From a virus, in the IMG/VR virus record IMGVR_UViG_3300005842_000001, positions 8,806 through 72,805 of that record: a stretch of DNA of 64,000 nt; one strand, 5' to 3'. The notes beneath the pieces are model-generated. The model made no database searches. It worked only from the letters and a program-made list of their open reading frames with translations, and was not told where the DNA came from. Both the position numbers and the translations under genes were made by a program. Position 1 is the stretch's first letter. Every line of letters begins with the position of its first letter. This document shows positions 45,989-55,295 of this stretch, in pieces.

Positions 45989-47140
45989 ATGTTTCGGTTC
46001 AAGATGGTTGCTTTTGCCTTTTTAATTCTTTGCGGGCAAGCATTCGGGCAAAACAAAATCAGAATGAGTGTTGTGCCGACTGGATCGCCAGCACCAATAA
46101 CCTACAAGGAAGTAACGCTTGAACTTGGCCAGATGTATACTGTTGAGTTCGCTACAGCAGACAATAAAGCTCCTTTTGGTGGCCAGCCTTATTCGGTCGA
46201 ATGCGAAGCGGTTGGAAGTAATACACCTTCGACCTGGATTCGTGGCCTTGTGCCTCTCGACAACAACTACAAGAACCTTGCTCCTGAAAATCTGATCGAC
46301 ACTGCAACAGTATTTGTCAGCGATGAAACTCCTGATGCCATGGTGTTGCGAGCAGTCTGCAATAACAGAACAGTTTTCAGGGCGAACATCACGGCGATCA
46401 AGAAAAAGAAACCGCCACAACCTAGCCCCTATCTTGCTGCGCTCACCACTGCGGCTGCTCTTGATCATGCCCAGCCAGTCGAGCTATCGACGCTGGCGAT
46501 GGCGTATAAAAACGTTGCTGGCATGATGGGTTCACTAAAGACTGGCCGGGACGTTTGGTCAGCAATCGGTATTGAGTACCTAAAAATATCTGCTGGCAGT
46601 TTGATTCAGACACGAGATGCCATCAGCAAGATTCTGATGAGCGATACGGTGCGGTATTACGATCTACAGTTGACAGCAGACGACTCGAAAGCGCTCAAGC
46701 TCATTCTGGTAAACATTGAGACAGCACTTGAGGCGTTGGCAGCAGGGCCAACGCCTTCGCCGCCGACGCCCGGCCCGCCTACCCCTAATCCTGTTTCCCC
46801 TTCGCCTTTCTCTGATCCTGGCTTCAGGGTGCTAATCGTTTACAAGACAGCAGACAAAGGAAAGATTCCACAGTCTCAGGATATAGCACTCAGGGCGGCT
46901 GCTCTGAGGACGTATCTCAATGCAAAGTGTGTCAAGGTCGATTCAACTCCTGAATGGCGAATCTGGCCGGATGATGTTGACACAGCGAACGAAAAACCGA
47001 TCTGGCAGAATGCTATGAAGCTACCTCGTGCCAGCACTCCTTGGATTTACATTGGCGACGGTCAAAAGGGAATCTCTTGCGCTCTGCCCGCTGACACAGA
47101 TGGCGTTCTAAAGCTATTGCAGCAATATGGTGGGCAATGA
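45989..47140 (+). CDS. secreted Pro-linker protein with thioredoxin-like C-terminal domain (tentative)
   Basis: Signal peptide ending AFG; PTPSPPTPGPP linker; RVLIVY...PWIYI. Confidence 0.6.
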   Translation: MFRFKMVAFAFLILCGQAFGQNKIRMSVVPTGSPAPITYKEVTLELGQMYTVEFATADNKAPFGGQPYSVECEAVGSNTPSTWIRGLVPLDNNYKNLAPENLIDTATVFVSDETPDAMVLRAVCNNRTVFRANITAIKKKKPPQPSPYLAALTTAAALDHAQPVELSTLAMAYKNVAGMMGSLKTGRDVWSAIGIEYLKISAGSLIQTRDAISKILMSDTVRYYDLQLTADDSKALKLILVNIETALEALAAGPTPSPPTPGPPTPNPVSPSPFSDPGFRVLIVYKTADKGKIPQSQDIALRAAALRTYLNAKCVKVDSTPEWRIWPDDVDTANEKPIWQNAMKLPRASTPWIYIGDGQKGISCALPADTDGVLKLLQQYGGQ

Positions 47141-47250
47141 GATTATTCGGTTACTTGCTCGAATTGATTGCCTTTTTTGTTCGCTGTCGTTTTACGATAG
47201 AGAACTGGAAGCAAAGTAGAAAGCGAAGCCAACGCATAGGAGCTTGAATC

Positions 47251-48063
47251 ATGGCTGAAGAAATCATCATACACGATGGCAACTACACCGACTTCATCGA
47301 TTGTGAAGTGAACGGCGAAAAGAAACACCGTGGGCTGAAGCCTCGTAACTATGCTATCCACCCGGTAGGCTGCTTTGCGTTCGCTCCACGCTTTAGCCTT
47401 GACATTATTCCTGAATCACAGTGGCAATCACGTCTTGATGAATTGATCGCCCGCAAAGCTCAGCTATCAGATATTCGCAACACCGGTATGAACGGCTCAA
47501 GGATTCCTTCTCGTGATCAAAACGGAAGAGGGTACTGCTGGGGGCATAGCTCGACGAGCGTAGCGATGATCTGGCGGGCGTTAATGGGGCTGCCTTATGC
47601 TGATCTGTCGGCATATGCCGTTTGTTGCATCATCAAACGGTTCAGAGACGAGGGCGGCAATGCAATCGATTCTCTATCGTTCATGGCTGACAGGGGCATA
47701 CCTACCAGTCAGTATTGGCCTCAGCAGTCAACCAACAGATCGAACGATAATCCGCAAACGTGGGCCAATGCTGCTCTGCATAAGTTCGCTCCTAACTGGA
47801 TGGACTTAGACACTGATCAGGATCAGATGCGAGCGCAGTTGGTAACGTGTCTGCTACTTGGCATTCCTGTTGCCACTGATTTCGATTGGTGGGGACATTC
47901 GGTTGCTTCTATCGATCTTGTCAGTGTCAGACCATTCAGAACACGCATCTGGAACTCTTGGGGCGACGATTGGAGCGATAACGGCATGGGCCTACTCGAA
48001 GGATCGAAGGCGATTCCCAATGGTGCTGTAGCTGCCTTAACGATGAGCGCTTCGTACAACTAA
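47251..48063 (+). CDS. papain-like C1 cysteine peptidase
   Basis: DQNGRGYCWGHS, WWGHSV, IWNSWG..W.DNG. Confidence 0.85.
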   Translation: MAEEIIIHDGNYTDFIDCEVNGEKKHRGLKPRNYAIHPVGCFAFAPRFSLDIIPESQWQSRLDELIARKAQLSDIRNTGMNGSRIPSRDQNGRGYCWGHSSTSVAMIWRALMGLPYADLSAYAVCCIIKRFRDEGGNAIDSLSFMADRGIPTSQYWPQQSTNRSNDNPQTWANAALHKFAPNWMDLDTDQDQMRAQLVTCLLLGIPVATDFDWWGHSVASIDLVSVRPFRTRIWNSWGDDWSDNGMGLLEGSKAIPNGAVAALTMSASYN

Positions 48064-48124
48064 ATAGATATAAAGTCCGTTGGCGGCACAACGCCGCCAA
48101 GTTCTTTCTTTTGTGGAGTCTGAC

Positions 48125-48736
48125 ATGATGAATTGCATCCGTTTTCTTCTGAGCAACGCTGACCGCATTGGCGGTGACGTTTCTGATGTTGCTGTCACCC
48201 CTTCGCCGCTGGCCACTGATATTGATCACACTACTCTTGTCCTGGCGAACGGGCAAAAGATAGTTGGCTCTGATCTGTCTGTGTTCATCAATAGCCTTGG
48301 TGGACTTTCGACGATCTTCAGCCCTGCCAACATCATCGCTTTGCTCAATCTGTTCTTCCGTCCAACGCCAGCGCCAGCCCCGACACCTGTACCGCCATCA
48401 CCAGCGCCAGCGCCGTTCAATCTGGCAGCGTTGCTTACTGGCCTCCTACAGTTGCTTCAGCAGTTCCAGCCTGTCGCCCCGGTTGTTCCCGGCCCGACGC
48501 CTACCCCTTCGCCGGTGCCTACGCCACCTAAGATGATGGCGTTGCCTGTCGAGAAGCGTCCTTCCAAGGAAGACGTGTTGAATGATCTGAAGGCGAAGGG
48601 CGTTGCTGTTGGGATGATTCCGATTCCTCTCTTGGTGATGCTCATTCAGTTGGCGATTCAGTTTGGCTTGCCATTCATCCAAAGTTGGTTGAAGCCATTC
48701 ACGCCAGCAGCGAACGGCCCGAAGGTCACTCACTAA
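48125..48736 (+). CDS. Pro-rich amphipathic/membrane protein
   Basis: Repeated hydrophobic helices (IIALLNLF, LLQLLQQF, LIQLAIQF) separated by Pro linkers. Confidence 0.6.
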   Translation: MMNCIRFLLSNADRIGGDVSDVAVTPSPLATDIDHTTLVLANGQKIVGSDLSVFINSLGGLSTIFSPANIIALLNLFFRPTPAPAPTPVPPSPAPAPFNLAALLTGLLQLLQQFQPVAPVVPGPTPTPSPVPTPPKMMALPVEKRPSKEDVLNDLKAKGVAVGMIPIPLLVMLIQLAIQFGLPFIQSWLKPFTPAANGPKVTH

Positions 48737-48818
48737 GATTGGCAGCGATCAACTCACGAGGTCAAGAGATGGCTCTTGACCTTCTTTTAGGCTCACACTT
48801 TTCAACAGGGAGGTAGCT

Positions 48819-49346
48819 ATGAAGACTCTAATCTTTCTACTGCTTGCTGTCTTATGCTCTCCAATTGCAGCAAACGACATTCCCACGCCGCCCGGTTATA
48901 TACCACGTCCGCCCGGCTGGATCGCTCCCAAGCCAGAAGCGAAGATCACGCCTAAGCAAGACATGCTGGAAGATCAAATTGTTACAGCTACTCCACTATC
49001 TGTAAAAGCTGGCAGCGGCATTGCTTCTTATGAAGTGCATTGCGATGAAGACGCCGAAATCTTTATCGGTGGCTATCCGACGACTCTGAAAGGCACAGTC
49101 AGGGTATTCGAGACCCACCCAAACCTGAGCAATGCAACAGGGCATTACATTTTCAAGATGCGTGTTTTCAGGAACGGTGTATACTTTGAATCTGAGAAGA
49201 CGGTTGACCACAAGCCCGGTGAGCGCCAAGTTGTGACGTTTGATGAACAAGTTAAGCAAGCCAGATCATTGGACAACTATCGCAATTACAGCCCTGCCAT
49301 GTCTTATTCACCGTCGATGGTGAGTAGCGATGAATGCAGCACTTGA
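48819..49346 (+). CDS. secreted TIGR03000-like (Planctomycete) domain protein
   Basis: Signal peptide; VHCDEDAEIFIGG.PT..KGTVRVFETHPNL....HY.F.....V..KPGE..VVTF. Confidence 0.7.
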   Translation: MKTLIFLLLAVLCSPIAANDIPTPPGYIPRPPGWIAPKPEAKITPKQDMLEDQIVTATPLSVKAGSGIASYEVHCDEDAEIFIGGYPTTLKGTVRVFETHPNLSNATGHYIFKMRVFRNGVYFESEKTVDHKPGERQVVTFDEQVKQARSLDNYRNYSPAMSYSPSMVSSDECST

Positions 49347-49362
49347 GGGCGACGATAAACCC

Positions 49363-49390
49363 AAGCCCCCAGTTCGGGGGCTTTTTCTTT
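49363..49390 (+). terminator. intrinsic terminator ending the late operon
   Basis: AAGCCCCC-agttc-GGGGGCTT followed by Ts. Confidence 0.8.
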
Positions 49391-49450
49391 GTTGACTCTT
49401 TACGGCAAGCGTGTAAGCTCATATATATATGTGAGCAGTAAACGGGAGAA

Positions 49451-49663
49451 GTGGCAATGGCTAGCAGATACACGATCTTCAGCTTGGATGACAAGACGGT
49501 AAAAAAGCTGAATGAGATAACAAGAAAAGTGAAACTTGGCAAGCGTAATAATCGGAGCTTCGCCGTTCGCGCTCTGATCGACTATTGCAGTGACCCGAAG
49601 ATCACCGCACTGGTAGCAAAGAAAGTCAAGGAAATAGCTGAATTGGAGTTGGCTAAAGCGTAG
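49451..49663 (+). CDS. ribbon-helix-helix-like regulator
   Basis: YTIFSLDDKTVKKL...NRSFAVRALI. Confidence 0.6.
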   Translation: MAMASRYTIFSLDDKTVKKLNEITRKVKLGKRNNRSFAVRALIDYCSDPKITALVAKKVKEIAELELAKA

Positions 49664-49680
49664 CACTTTTTCTTGGTGTC

Positions 49681-50070
49681 ATGATGACAAAGGCAGATAA
49701 GCAACCGACATTGTTTGGTGATTTTGACAATGCTGCAAAAGCACAAGCAGCAAAAAGAAATCAGGTGGTGGCAGATGCTGCCAAGCAACAGCGGCTGGTG
49801 TATGGTTTCATCACCAGCAAAGGGCTGATCGGTGCGACTGACAACGAAGGCATTGAGTATTTCAGAGAGCATTTCAAAGCAGAATGGCCCACTGTCGAGA
49901 ATGGCTACCGTGCGAGACGTGGCGAGCTAGCTGAAGACACTTTTATTGAAAAACATCCCATTCCACGCATAGCGGGCCGACGATCACATACCGTCTGGAT
50001 CGATGCAAAGTTGCTGCCTGATGCTATCAGAGCAGCCGAGTTAGTTTCTACCCCAAGCAAGGAGGACTGA
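49681..50070 (+). CDS. winged-helix-like hypothetical protein
   Basis: GATDNE...RARRGEL...VW. Confidence 0.55.
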   Translation: MMTKADKQPTLFGDFDNAAKAQAAKRNQVVADAAKQQRLVYGFITSKGLIGATDNEGIEYFREHFKAEWPTVENGYRARRGELAEDTFIEKHPIPRIAGRRSHTVWIDAKLLPDAIRAAELVSTPSKED

Positions 50071-50072
50071 GT

Positions 50073-50267
50073 ATGCTCGTGCTAAGCCGAAAAAAACATG
50101 AAGCGATCATCATCAATGACAACATCACAATCAGTGTGGTTGAGATACGGGGCGACAAAGTGAGGATCGGTATCGTTGCGCCGAAAGAAGTGCCAGTGCA
50201 TCGTCAAGAAGTGTATGAGGCGATTCACGAAAAAGAATCTTCCAGAAATCTGTTGCAGCCTGCCTGA
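50073..50267 (+). CDS. csrA: carbon storage regulator CsrA
   Basis: MLVLSRKKHEAIIINDNITISVVEIRGDKVRIGIVAPKEVPVHRQEVYEAI. Confidence 0.95.
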   Translation: MLVLSRKKHEAIIINDNITISVVEIRGDKVRIGIVAPKEVPVHRQEVYEAIHEKESSRNLLQPA

Positions 50268-50480
50268 CTAGATATATATTTAGTCGCAAGGTCTGGAAGG
50301 CATGAAAAACGCACCCCCTCTTGCCGATTCATGGTGATTGGTATTGCTCAGTCCGTGAGATGTAAAAGCCCCCATGAATACGATCAAGCGAATCCTTCGA
50401 CGACTGCAAAGCACGGTCGGCAATCGTGCCTCTTCAGTGGGTGTGGATCAGACCTTTTACACTTTTCATAAAGGGACAAA

Positions 50481-51386
50481 ATGCTAACAGGAGAAGATAG
50501 GCTAGCATGGCTCATTGAGCGACGAAAAGGCATCGGGGCATCTGATGCCGCTAGCATCATGGGTGTAGGTAAATGGGGAACTGCCCTCAGTGTGTGGCTC
50601 GACAAGACGAGCGATGAACCACCGAAGGAAGAGAGTGAAGAGACTCAATTCCAGCGGGGTAATTTTTTTGAGCCAGTCTGTGCAAGGCTCTATGCCAACA
50701 AGACTGGCGAAGACTTATACAAGCCAGCGCCGATACTCTGGCACGACGATCTGGACTGGATGTATGCTTCACTTGATTATCGCCGCAAGAGCGATCACCG
50801 GCCTATCGAGTGCAAGACGACACGAACTATGGAAGAGTTCGGAGAGCCTGATTCAGATCAAGTGCCAGCCTATTATGCGATTCAAGCCCAGCAGCAAATG
50901 GAAGTTGCCGACCAGCCGTTTGTAGACTTCTCTGTTCTCTGCGGGTTCGATCACTTCATTTACACAGTGAAGCGAAACTATGAAATTGCCGCCATGATCA
51001 TCGAAGTAGGAGGGCAGTTCTGGGAGAACGTCAAGTCAAGAATTCAGCCCGATATAGATTGGGCTCACAAAACCACGCCAGAACTGATGAAGACGCTGTA
51101 CCAAAAGGTAAAGCGCCGTACCATCACACTCGGCGGCGAAGCCGTCTTGCTTCACGATCAGTATGAGCAACTGAAGCTGGAAGAGAAGACAGCAAAGGAA
51201 GCAAAGGAATTGATACATGCGAAGATGAAGGCTTTGATGGGTGAAGCCGATGTAGCCGAGTTGTCAGACGGATCGAAATGGACTAGGGCTGAAATCAAAA
51301 ACCCAGGGTACACGGTTGCACCGTTTACCTACATCACTCTTACCCCAAGACGTTCTAAAGCACAGAAAGCGAACGGTGGCCAATGA
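50481..51386 (+). CDS. YqaJ/lambda-exonuclease-like recombination nuclease
   Basis: WL..RRKGIGASDAASIMG, ASLD, IECKT, YAIQAQQQM. Confidence 0.9.
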   Translation: MLTGEDRLAWLIERRKGIGASDAASIMGVGKWGTALSVWLDKTSDEPPKEESEETQFQRGNFFEPVCARLYANKTGEDLYKPAPILWHDDLDWMYASLDYRRKSDHRPIECKTTRTMEEFGEPDSDQVPAYYAIQAQQQMEVADQPFVDFSVLCGFDHFIYTVKRNYEIAAMIIEVGGQFWENVKSRIQPDIDWAHKTTPELMKTLYQKVKRRTITLGGEAVLLHDQYEQLKLEEKTAKEAKELIHAKMKALMGEADVAELSDGSKWTRAEIKNPGYTVAPFTYITLTPRRSKAQKANGGQ

Positions 51387-52780
51387 GTTCAGGTAATCAG
51401 AATGTGAACGCCAACGAGCCAGATCAGGATTTCATTGATGCTGAGCATACTGTCTCAGATTCTATCGTTCAGCTTCCAAGTAACCTTGGGACGATCCAGC
51501 GGGCTGAAATCGATCAGCAGATTGCTACCGCCAAGCGATACCCACGCAAGGTAAGCGAAGTTCTGAAAGAAGCTCAGTCGATGGCATGCGAAGACGAGAA
51601 AACCGCCATGACGATGTATTACAACATTCCACGAGGCGGGAAGAATATCGAAGGCCCAAGCATTCGACTTGCTGAAGTGATTGCTTCAACGTGGGGCAAC
51701 TTGCGGGTACAAGCTCGAATCGTTGAAAGCTCTGATGACTTCGTAACTGTTCAAGCAATGTGCCACGATCTTGAGCGCAATACCGCAGTGAGTGTTGAGA
51801 AGAGAAGACGTGTCACGAAAAAGAAAACAGCGAAGCGCCCAGACGCTGATGATATTAACATTGCCGGGCTTGCTGGTATGTCGATAGCTTTAAGGGATGC
51901 TGTCTTCAAAGTTGTGCCAAGAGTGTATGTTGATCGAATCATGTTAGCTGCTCAGCGCGTTGGCCTGGGAGACGCCAAGAGCGTTTCAGCAAGTCGTCAA
52001 ACATGGTTTGAATACTTTGCCAAAATGCGGATAAAGCCAGAGCAGATTTTCGCTGCTCTTGGTGTTGCAGGCATGGAGGATGTTGGCGTGGAAGAGATGG
52101 TCAAGTTGAGGGGTTATGCTACAGCGATCAAAGATGGTGAAGCGAAGCTAGAAAACGTGTTTCCGCCTCTTGAGCTTCCCAATGACAAGCCCAAGGGCAA
52201 TGATGCCACGTTGAATGCCATCAAAGAAAAGCAGCCAGCGAAGCCAGCAGAGACAGCCACCAAACCTGCTACGCCAGCGCCAGAAGCTGAGAAGCCGAAG
52301 GAAGCAGCAAAGATGCCTCCTGTTCAAAAACCTGCCCCTAAACAAGAGCCAGCGAAGCCAGCACCGACGCCAGCGCCAGTCAAAGAGCATGAGCCGCCGC
52401 CCGTTGCTGAAGTGGCATCGCCGAAAGAGGTAGAAGAATCGCCTAGCGAGATTGATGACAGAGAAGAGACGCCAGCTTGGTATGATAACTGGATCACTAC
52501 TATTGCCGCCATGTCTCCGAAGACCTGGGAGAGGACAAGGCAATGTCTAAATACTCTTGTTGGGCAGATTAAAGAAGAAATCAATGCTCACCAGAAGCCG
52601 CACTACGAAGAGCTTATCAAGCTCTGGGCTGAGCGTGTCGCTGAAATGTGCGACAAGCCAAGTATGCTCCTCGTTGCTGAATCAGTAGTCAAGCCTTTAG
52701 AGAAAGTCTTGACGCCGGCAAGTTATGCCCATGTGGTCGACGTTCTGGCAAAGAAGAAAGCGGCTGCAAGTCAATCGTAG
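51383..52780 (+). CDS. putative ssDNA-annealing recombinase partner
   Basis: EIDQQIATAKRYPR, IEGPSIRLAE, WGNL, DLERN; follows the YqaJ-like gene. Confidence 0.65.
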   Translation: MSSGNQNVNANEPDQDFIDAEHTVSDSIVQLPSNLGTIQRAEIDQQIATAKRYPRKVSEVLKEAQSMACEDEKTAMTMYYNIPRGGKNIEGPSIRLAEVIASTWGNLRVQARIVESSDDFVTVQAMCHDLERNTAVSVEKRRRVTKKKTAKRPDADDINIAGLAGMSIALRDAVFKVVPRVYVDRIMLAAQRVGLGDAKSVSASRQTWFEYFAKMRIKPEQIFAALGVAGMEDVGVEEMVKLRGYATAIKDGEAKLENVFPPLELPNDKPKGNDATLNAIKEKQPAKPAETATKPATPAPEAEKPKEAAKMPPVQKPAPKQEPAKPAPTPAPVKEHEPPPVAEVASPKEVEESPSEIDDREETPAWYDNWITTIAAMSPKTWERTRQCLNTLVGQIKEEINAHQKPHYEELIKLWAERVAEMCDKPSMLLVAESVVKPLEKVLTPASYAHVVDVLAKKKAAASQS

Positions 52781-52807
52781 TTCAGCAGGGGTGCCTCTCT
52801 GCTGTCG

Positions 52808-52843
52808 AGGGTGGGAGCGTTTTAATAGCGGCGCTCCCACCCT
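52808..52843. terminator. strong intergenic hairpin
   Basis: AGGGTGGGAGCG...CGCTCCCACCCT. Confidence 0.55.
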
Positions 52844-52873
52844 TCCAGCTTCTCAAAAACAAGGATGATCGAC

Positions 52874-53797
52874 GTGGCATTCGTTGACTGGATCAAAGTC
52901 GAACACACGACACCGAACAAGCAAGAGCTTTTCAAAATTGCAAAAATACTGAAGCTCGAACCCGATAGCGTTCTGGGAAAGGTCGTTCGTTTCTGGATAT
53001 GGGCTGATCAGAACACCGAGGACGGTAACACAATTGTAACAGATTTATGTTACATAGATCATGTGGTTAACTTCAATGGTTTTGGTTCAGCACTTCTTGA
53101 GACTGGATGGATTGAACGCCTGGGCGAAAACTTCGTCATTCCTAGATTCGATAGACATAACTCGGAATCAGCTAAAAAACGAGCTAATACTCTTAGAAGA
53201 GTGCAAAAGCATAGATCGGCTGGTAACGCTTCTGTAACAAAACCGACGTTACAAAAACCTCAGAAAAATGTTACACTCTCTTCGTCTCCGTCTCCGTCAG
53301 TGTCTCCGTTAGAAAAAGAGGAAGAAAAAATACCAATCACAGATGATGAATTTAAAAAAACGGTCGATCAGTTTGAAACTTACACGGAAGACGAGTTTAC
53401 TGGTAAGCCGCCAGCACCGCCGCAAGATCGCCAGGGTGAGCCAGAATCGACGTACCACCCGATCATCGCTGAGTTCGACGACGAGACGAAAGAACAGGCT
53501 ACAGCGTTCGTGGTGTGGTATCAGGAGCGAAGATTTTGCCAGCCGATCACACACACTGAGCAGTACCGCCGAGACTTGCGATCTGTCGCCGGTGCCATTC
53601 GAGCGTTCAAAAAACAAAAGCCTTGGGAGAAGTTGGCCGGTTACATGGCGAACCCGCCCGACGATCACCCGACCGACGTTAAGATTTTCCAGATTCTTGG
53701 TTATCTCGGGCTCGTCACTTCGCTACCAACTCAGAACACTCGACAGCAGGACGACGAGGCGAAGGCCATGGCGATCTTGAAAGGGGGCAAGTCATGA
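52874..53797 (+). CDS. phage replication initiator-like protein
   Basis: DWIK...LGKVVRFWIWADQ...GF..AL...GW....PRFDRHN.ESAKKRA...RVQKHR; likely GTG start. Confidence 0.75.
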   Translation: MAFVDWIKVEHTTPNKQELFKIAKILKLEPDSVLGKVVRFWIWADQNTEDGNTIVTDLCYIDHVVNFNGFGSALLETGWIERLGENFVIPRFDRHNSESAKKRANTLRRVQKHRSAGNASVTKPTLQKPQKNVTLSSSPSPSVSPLEKEEEKIPITDDEFKKTVDQFETYTEDEFTGKPPAPPQDRQGEPESTYHPIIAEFDDETKEQATAFVVWYQERRFCQPITHTEQYRRDLRSVAGAIRAFKKQKPWEKLAGYMANPPDDHPTDVKIFQILGYLGLVTSLPTQNTRQQDDEAKAMAILKGGKS

Positions 53798-54558
53798 CGA
53801 GCGAAGAGCTGATGGAGTTCAACAAACTCTATGCTTCACAGATGAACACAACACTTGAGACAGCAGCGAAGGTCATGGAACCTTGGCTACATCGATTCAA
53901 TCAATGCACGTTCTCTGCTGTCAAAGATGCGTTCATGGCGTTGCTGATGGAAGAGAGCATGCCGAAAGAAAATCATCAGCGCATGGTTGCACTGATCAAG
54001 AGAGTCAGAAAAGAAGTGCCGAGAGAGGAAGAGTCACCAGACAAGAATGCTCGCGCCCCCGACGACAGCTATTCGACGTGGTGCAATCGCTGCTATGACG
54101 GCATTATCTATGTCCCGCATCTTCACAACTTTGTCAACGGCCAGTGGTGGAAGGGCGAGTATGACATGGTGGTGAGATGCGTTTGCAGTCGTGGGTGGAA
54201 GTACGGCAAGATGATGAACATCGACGACTATGAACGCCAGCGCCCAAACTGGCGAGATGAAGTACCGATCAGGAAGATGGACTTCAGAATCAAATACACA
54301 CAAGCACGCCTTCAAGAAGTGATCGGCGGCAACGACAGAGTGGCTATCGAGCATTGGGAGTCGAGATGTGTCATTGCTGGTCGTGAGTACGATATATATA
54401 CAGAAGAACAGAAAAAGAAAGCACGAGTAGACGAACCAGTTCCTATGTTCCTTCAAGGAGAGTTAGATGAGCAGCAAGAAAGCCAAGCCAGCGAAAGTGG
54501 ATCAGCACACCGAGAAGCTGACACGCAAAATGAAAATCATAAGGAGCTTGCAAGCTGA
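53794..54558 (+). CDS. replication-associated protein with Zn finger (helicase loader/inhibitor-like, tentative)
   Basis: CNRCYDG...RCVC; follows the initiator gene. Confidence 0.5.
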   Translation: MTSEELMEFNKLYASQMNTTLETAAKVMEPWLHRFNQCTFSAVKDAFMALLMEESMPKENHQRMVALIKRVRKEVPREEESPDKNARAPDDSYSTWCNRCYDGIIYVPHLHNFVNGQWWKGEYDMVVRCVCSRGWKYGKMMNIDDYERQRPNWRDEVPIRKMDFRIKYTQARLQEVIGGNDRVAIEHWESRCVIAGREYDIYTEEQKKKARVDEPVPMFLQGELDEQQESQASESGSAHREADTQNENHKELAS

Positions 54559-55294
54559 TCTGGTATCACTCGACAAAGAGCAAGAGGAGAAAGATGCTGC
54601 CATAGCGTCTGCTACCGAAGAGCTTCACAAGTTCTCTGAAGCTGATCTTGAAGGCGATGAGCTATTTCGAGTGAAGTTCAAACACAAGAAACAACTCTTG
54701 CAGCGAACGAAGCGCGCCATGGACGTAGCCAAGAGCAAATGGGAGAAGCTCAAGAAAGATCGCAATCAGTTGATCGATGATCTGATTGAACTCGACAAGG
54801 GTTCGCTGGAAGATTCGTTGCCACTGATCGTGCAAAGCAAGTTGACGAAAGACCCTGACAACGCCTGGAAGGATGTGCCAGTCTCGCATCTCAAACAACA
54901 TGGGCTGGCAGAGTCGATCATCGAACATTTTCAGACTCACGGCATCGACACACTCGGCAAGGTCGAAGAGTTCAGAAAAAAGCACGAGGTCAGCACTCTC
55001 GACAACATCACTGAGACGATGGAAAAGAAGTTCGACGCTGCACGAGATGAGTTTCTTGAAGCCTACAACTCTTTCCTGACCGGCGAAGAGGAAGGGGATG
55101 AAGCTGAAGCGGAGAAGAAGGAACTCACCATCGACGATCTGAAGCTGTCAGAAGACGTGATCGACAAGCTGAAAGCTGAAGGCATCGCCAGCGTCAAAGA
55201 CATGACCGAGTATCTCAAGAAACACGGTCAAGACGAACTCAAGAAGATGCTCGGTTCCCGTTCATTTGAGAAACTCAAGGAAGCGATCAAGTAA
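54467..55294 (+). CDS. coiled-coil protein with two HhH/alpha-CTD-like repeats
   Basis: VPVSHLKQHGL...HGIDTLGKV and LTIDDLKLS...LKAEGIASVKDM; GGAG upstream. Confidence 0.6.
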   Translation: MSSKKAKPAKVDQHTEKLTRKMKIIRSLQADLVSLDKEQEEKDAAIASATEELHKFSEADLEGDELFRVKFKHKKQLLQRTKRAMDVAKSKWEKLKKDRNQLIDDLIELDKGSLEDSLPLIVQSKLTKDPDNAWKDVPVSHLKQHGLAESIIEHFQTHGIDTLGKVEEFRKKHEVSTLDNITETMEKKFDAARDEFLEAYNSFLTGEEEGDEAEAEKKELTIDDLKLSEDVIDKLKAEGIASVKDMTEYLKKHGQDELKKMLGSRSFEKLKEAIK

Positions 55295-55295
55295 C

